Source of the DNA: a bacterium
GTDB taxonomy: Bacteria; UBA10199; DSSB01
NCBI GenBank assembly: GCA_035281585.1
Contig: DATEDP010000055.1
Span: 1-14,683, forward strand
Direction of reading: 5' to 3'
Length of the DNA: 14,683 nt
Part shown: in pieces, positions 13,845-14,683 of the stretch
How the letters are laid out: every line of letters begins with the position of its first letter
Position numbering within the stretch: position 1 is the first letter of the stretch
Made by a program: the position numbers and the translations under genes
The notes under the pieces: model-generated
Told to the model about the DNA's origin: nothing
Seen by the model: the letters and a program-made list of their open reading frames with translations, nothing else
The model's database searches: none

Positions 13845-14683
13845 GCTCTTCGTGAAGGATGCCGTAGCGCAGGCCGTGGTCGCTGACCAGGATCTCCTCC
13901 AGGCCGAGGAATTCCATCGCCCGCCACAGGATGGCGCCGCCGACCGGCAGCAGCTCGGCCCGGTCGGGATGCATGCCCGGCAATTTCTTCCGACCGGCCA
14001 GGCTGAGGCCGCGCAATTTTTTCAGCAAATTCGCCAATTCCGATTTTTTCAGGCGGAAGCCGTGGATTTTTTCCGGCTGGTAGACCGGCAGCCCCAAGAG
14101 CACCGCCGCCAAGCTGGCCGGAGTTGCCGCCACCGCGGCCCAGGTCGCCGGCACCGCCGAATCCTTTTTCATGCTCCCCGCCAGGCAACCGTCGATCTCC
14201 GCCAACAGCCGCTCCCATTCCTCATCGGAAATCGGGTGAGAAGTGATGAGGGTCTCGGTCAGCCGCACCGTCCCGATGGGCAGGCTGAATCGGGGACCGC
14301 TCTGGCCGTAGACGAGCTCGGTCGAGCCGCCGCCGATGTCGATCATGCCGAGGGCCTCGAGGCCCTGACCGAAGTCGAGCTGGGCGCTGGCGAAGGAGTA
14401 ACGGGCTTCCTCGTCGCCGCTCAGGATCCGGACCGGGATGCCGAGGCGGTCGAAGATCTCGCGGGCGAAATCCGCGCCGTCGCGGGCTCGGCGAAAGGCG
14501 GCGGTTCCGGCGGCCGTGACTTCGGTGGCGCCGTGGCGCCGGGCCTCGCGCTGGAAATCCTCCAGTGCCGCCAGGACCCGCATTTTGGCCTCGGGCTTGA
14601 GCGCTCCGCCGTCTTGGAGTCCTTCGGACATTCGAACCACCCGGCCCTCGTCCCAGAGAATTTCGGTCCGCCCGTCGGCGCCC
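13825..14683 (-). CDS. Ppx/GppA-family phosphatase (exopolyphosphatase / guanosine pentaphosphate phosphohydrolase), C-terminal part. The gene continues beyond the right edge of the window.
   Basis: GMIDIGGGSTELVY (the Ppx/GppA ASKHA-fold phosphate-binding motif), RVLAALEDF, and SGDEEARYSF. The reading frame stays open through 14683, so the listed GTG at 14640 is internal. The ORF 13655..14218 is an alternate-frame artefact. Confidence 0.85.
   Translation of the reverse strand, partial: GADGRTEILWDEGRVVRMSEGLQDGGALKPEAKMRVLAALEDFQREARRHGATEVTAAGTAAFRRARDGADFAREIFDRLGIPVRILSGDEEARYSFASAQLDFGQGLEALGMIDIGGGSTELVYGQSGPRFSLPIGTVRLTETLITSHPISDEEWERLLAEIDGCLAGSMKKDSAVPATWAAVAATPASLAAVLLGLPVYQPEKIHGFRLKKSELANLLKKLRGLSLAGRKKLPGMHPDRAELLPVGGAILWRAMEFLGLEEILVSDHGLRYGILHEELIGRRT

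Noticed and set aside
13434-14218. Minus-strand ORFs 13434..13841 and 13655..14218 (187 aa), overlapping the 415 aa gene and the ppx-like gene.
   Set aside because: These are alternate-frame artefacts (Gly/Arg/Pro-rich). The real minus-strand gene in this region is the Ppx/GppA frame 13825..>14683.
1-14683. Searched for CRISPR arrays, tRNA/rRNA genes, IS-element terminal repeats and integrase genes.
   Set aside because: No regularly spaced direct repeats, no cloverleaf-like tRNA candidates and no transposase or integrase-like ORFs. The only repeat structure found is the single long hairpin at 12304-12452.

Overview
This is a GC-rich (~60-65%) bacterial chromosomal segment with about 15 credible genes. 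The features I can support, in order along the window:

- The 5' part of an archaeal-type phosphoenolpyruvate carboxylase gene (minus strand, runs off the left edge).
- A two-gene secreted/lipoprotein operon (838 aa lipoprotein plus a 186 aa signal-peptide protein, minus strand).
- An AidB-like acyl-CoA dehydrogenase (minus).
- An SPFH/band-7 protein followed by a small secreted DUF3047-like protein (plus).
- A ~1.5 kb islet at about 7355-8840 that is clearly AT-richer (~50% GC). It carries an unrecognisable 241 aa ORF followed by a vapB-vapC (RHH antitoxin / PIN toxin) pair, with an 18-bp perfect palindromic operator over the vapB start.
- A 475 aa protein built from four tandem ~66 aa HTH-like repeats (minus), divergently arranged from a Fur-family regulator across an AT-rich control region that contains a Fur-box-like palindrome.
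- A yacG-like zinc-ribbon gene translationally coupled to the Fur-family gene.
- A lipoprotein with a Pro-rich linker (plus).
- A ~150 bp long-hairpin element whose outer arms are a perfect 27-bp inverted repeat.
- A 415 aa protein with an internal ~120 aa duplication and a C-terminal TonB-C-like region (plus).
- The 3' part of a Ppx/GppA phosphatase gene (minus, runs off the right edge).

The many long ORFs antisense to these genes are compositional artefacts of high GC. The low-GC orphan+vapBC islet, the 4x HTH-repeat protein next to fur-yacG, and the 27-bp inverted-repeat element are the most likely places for something undescribed.
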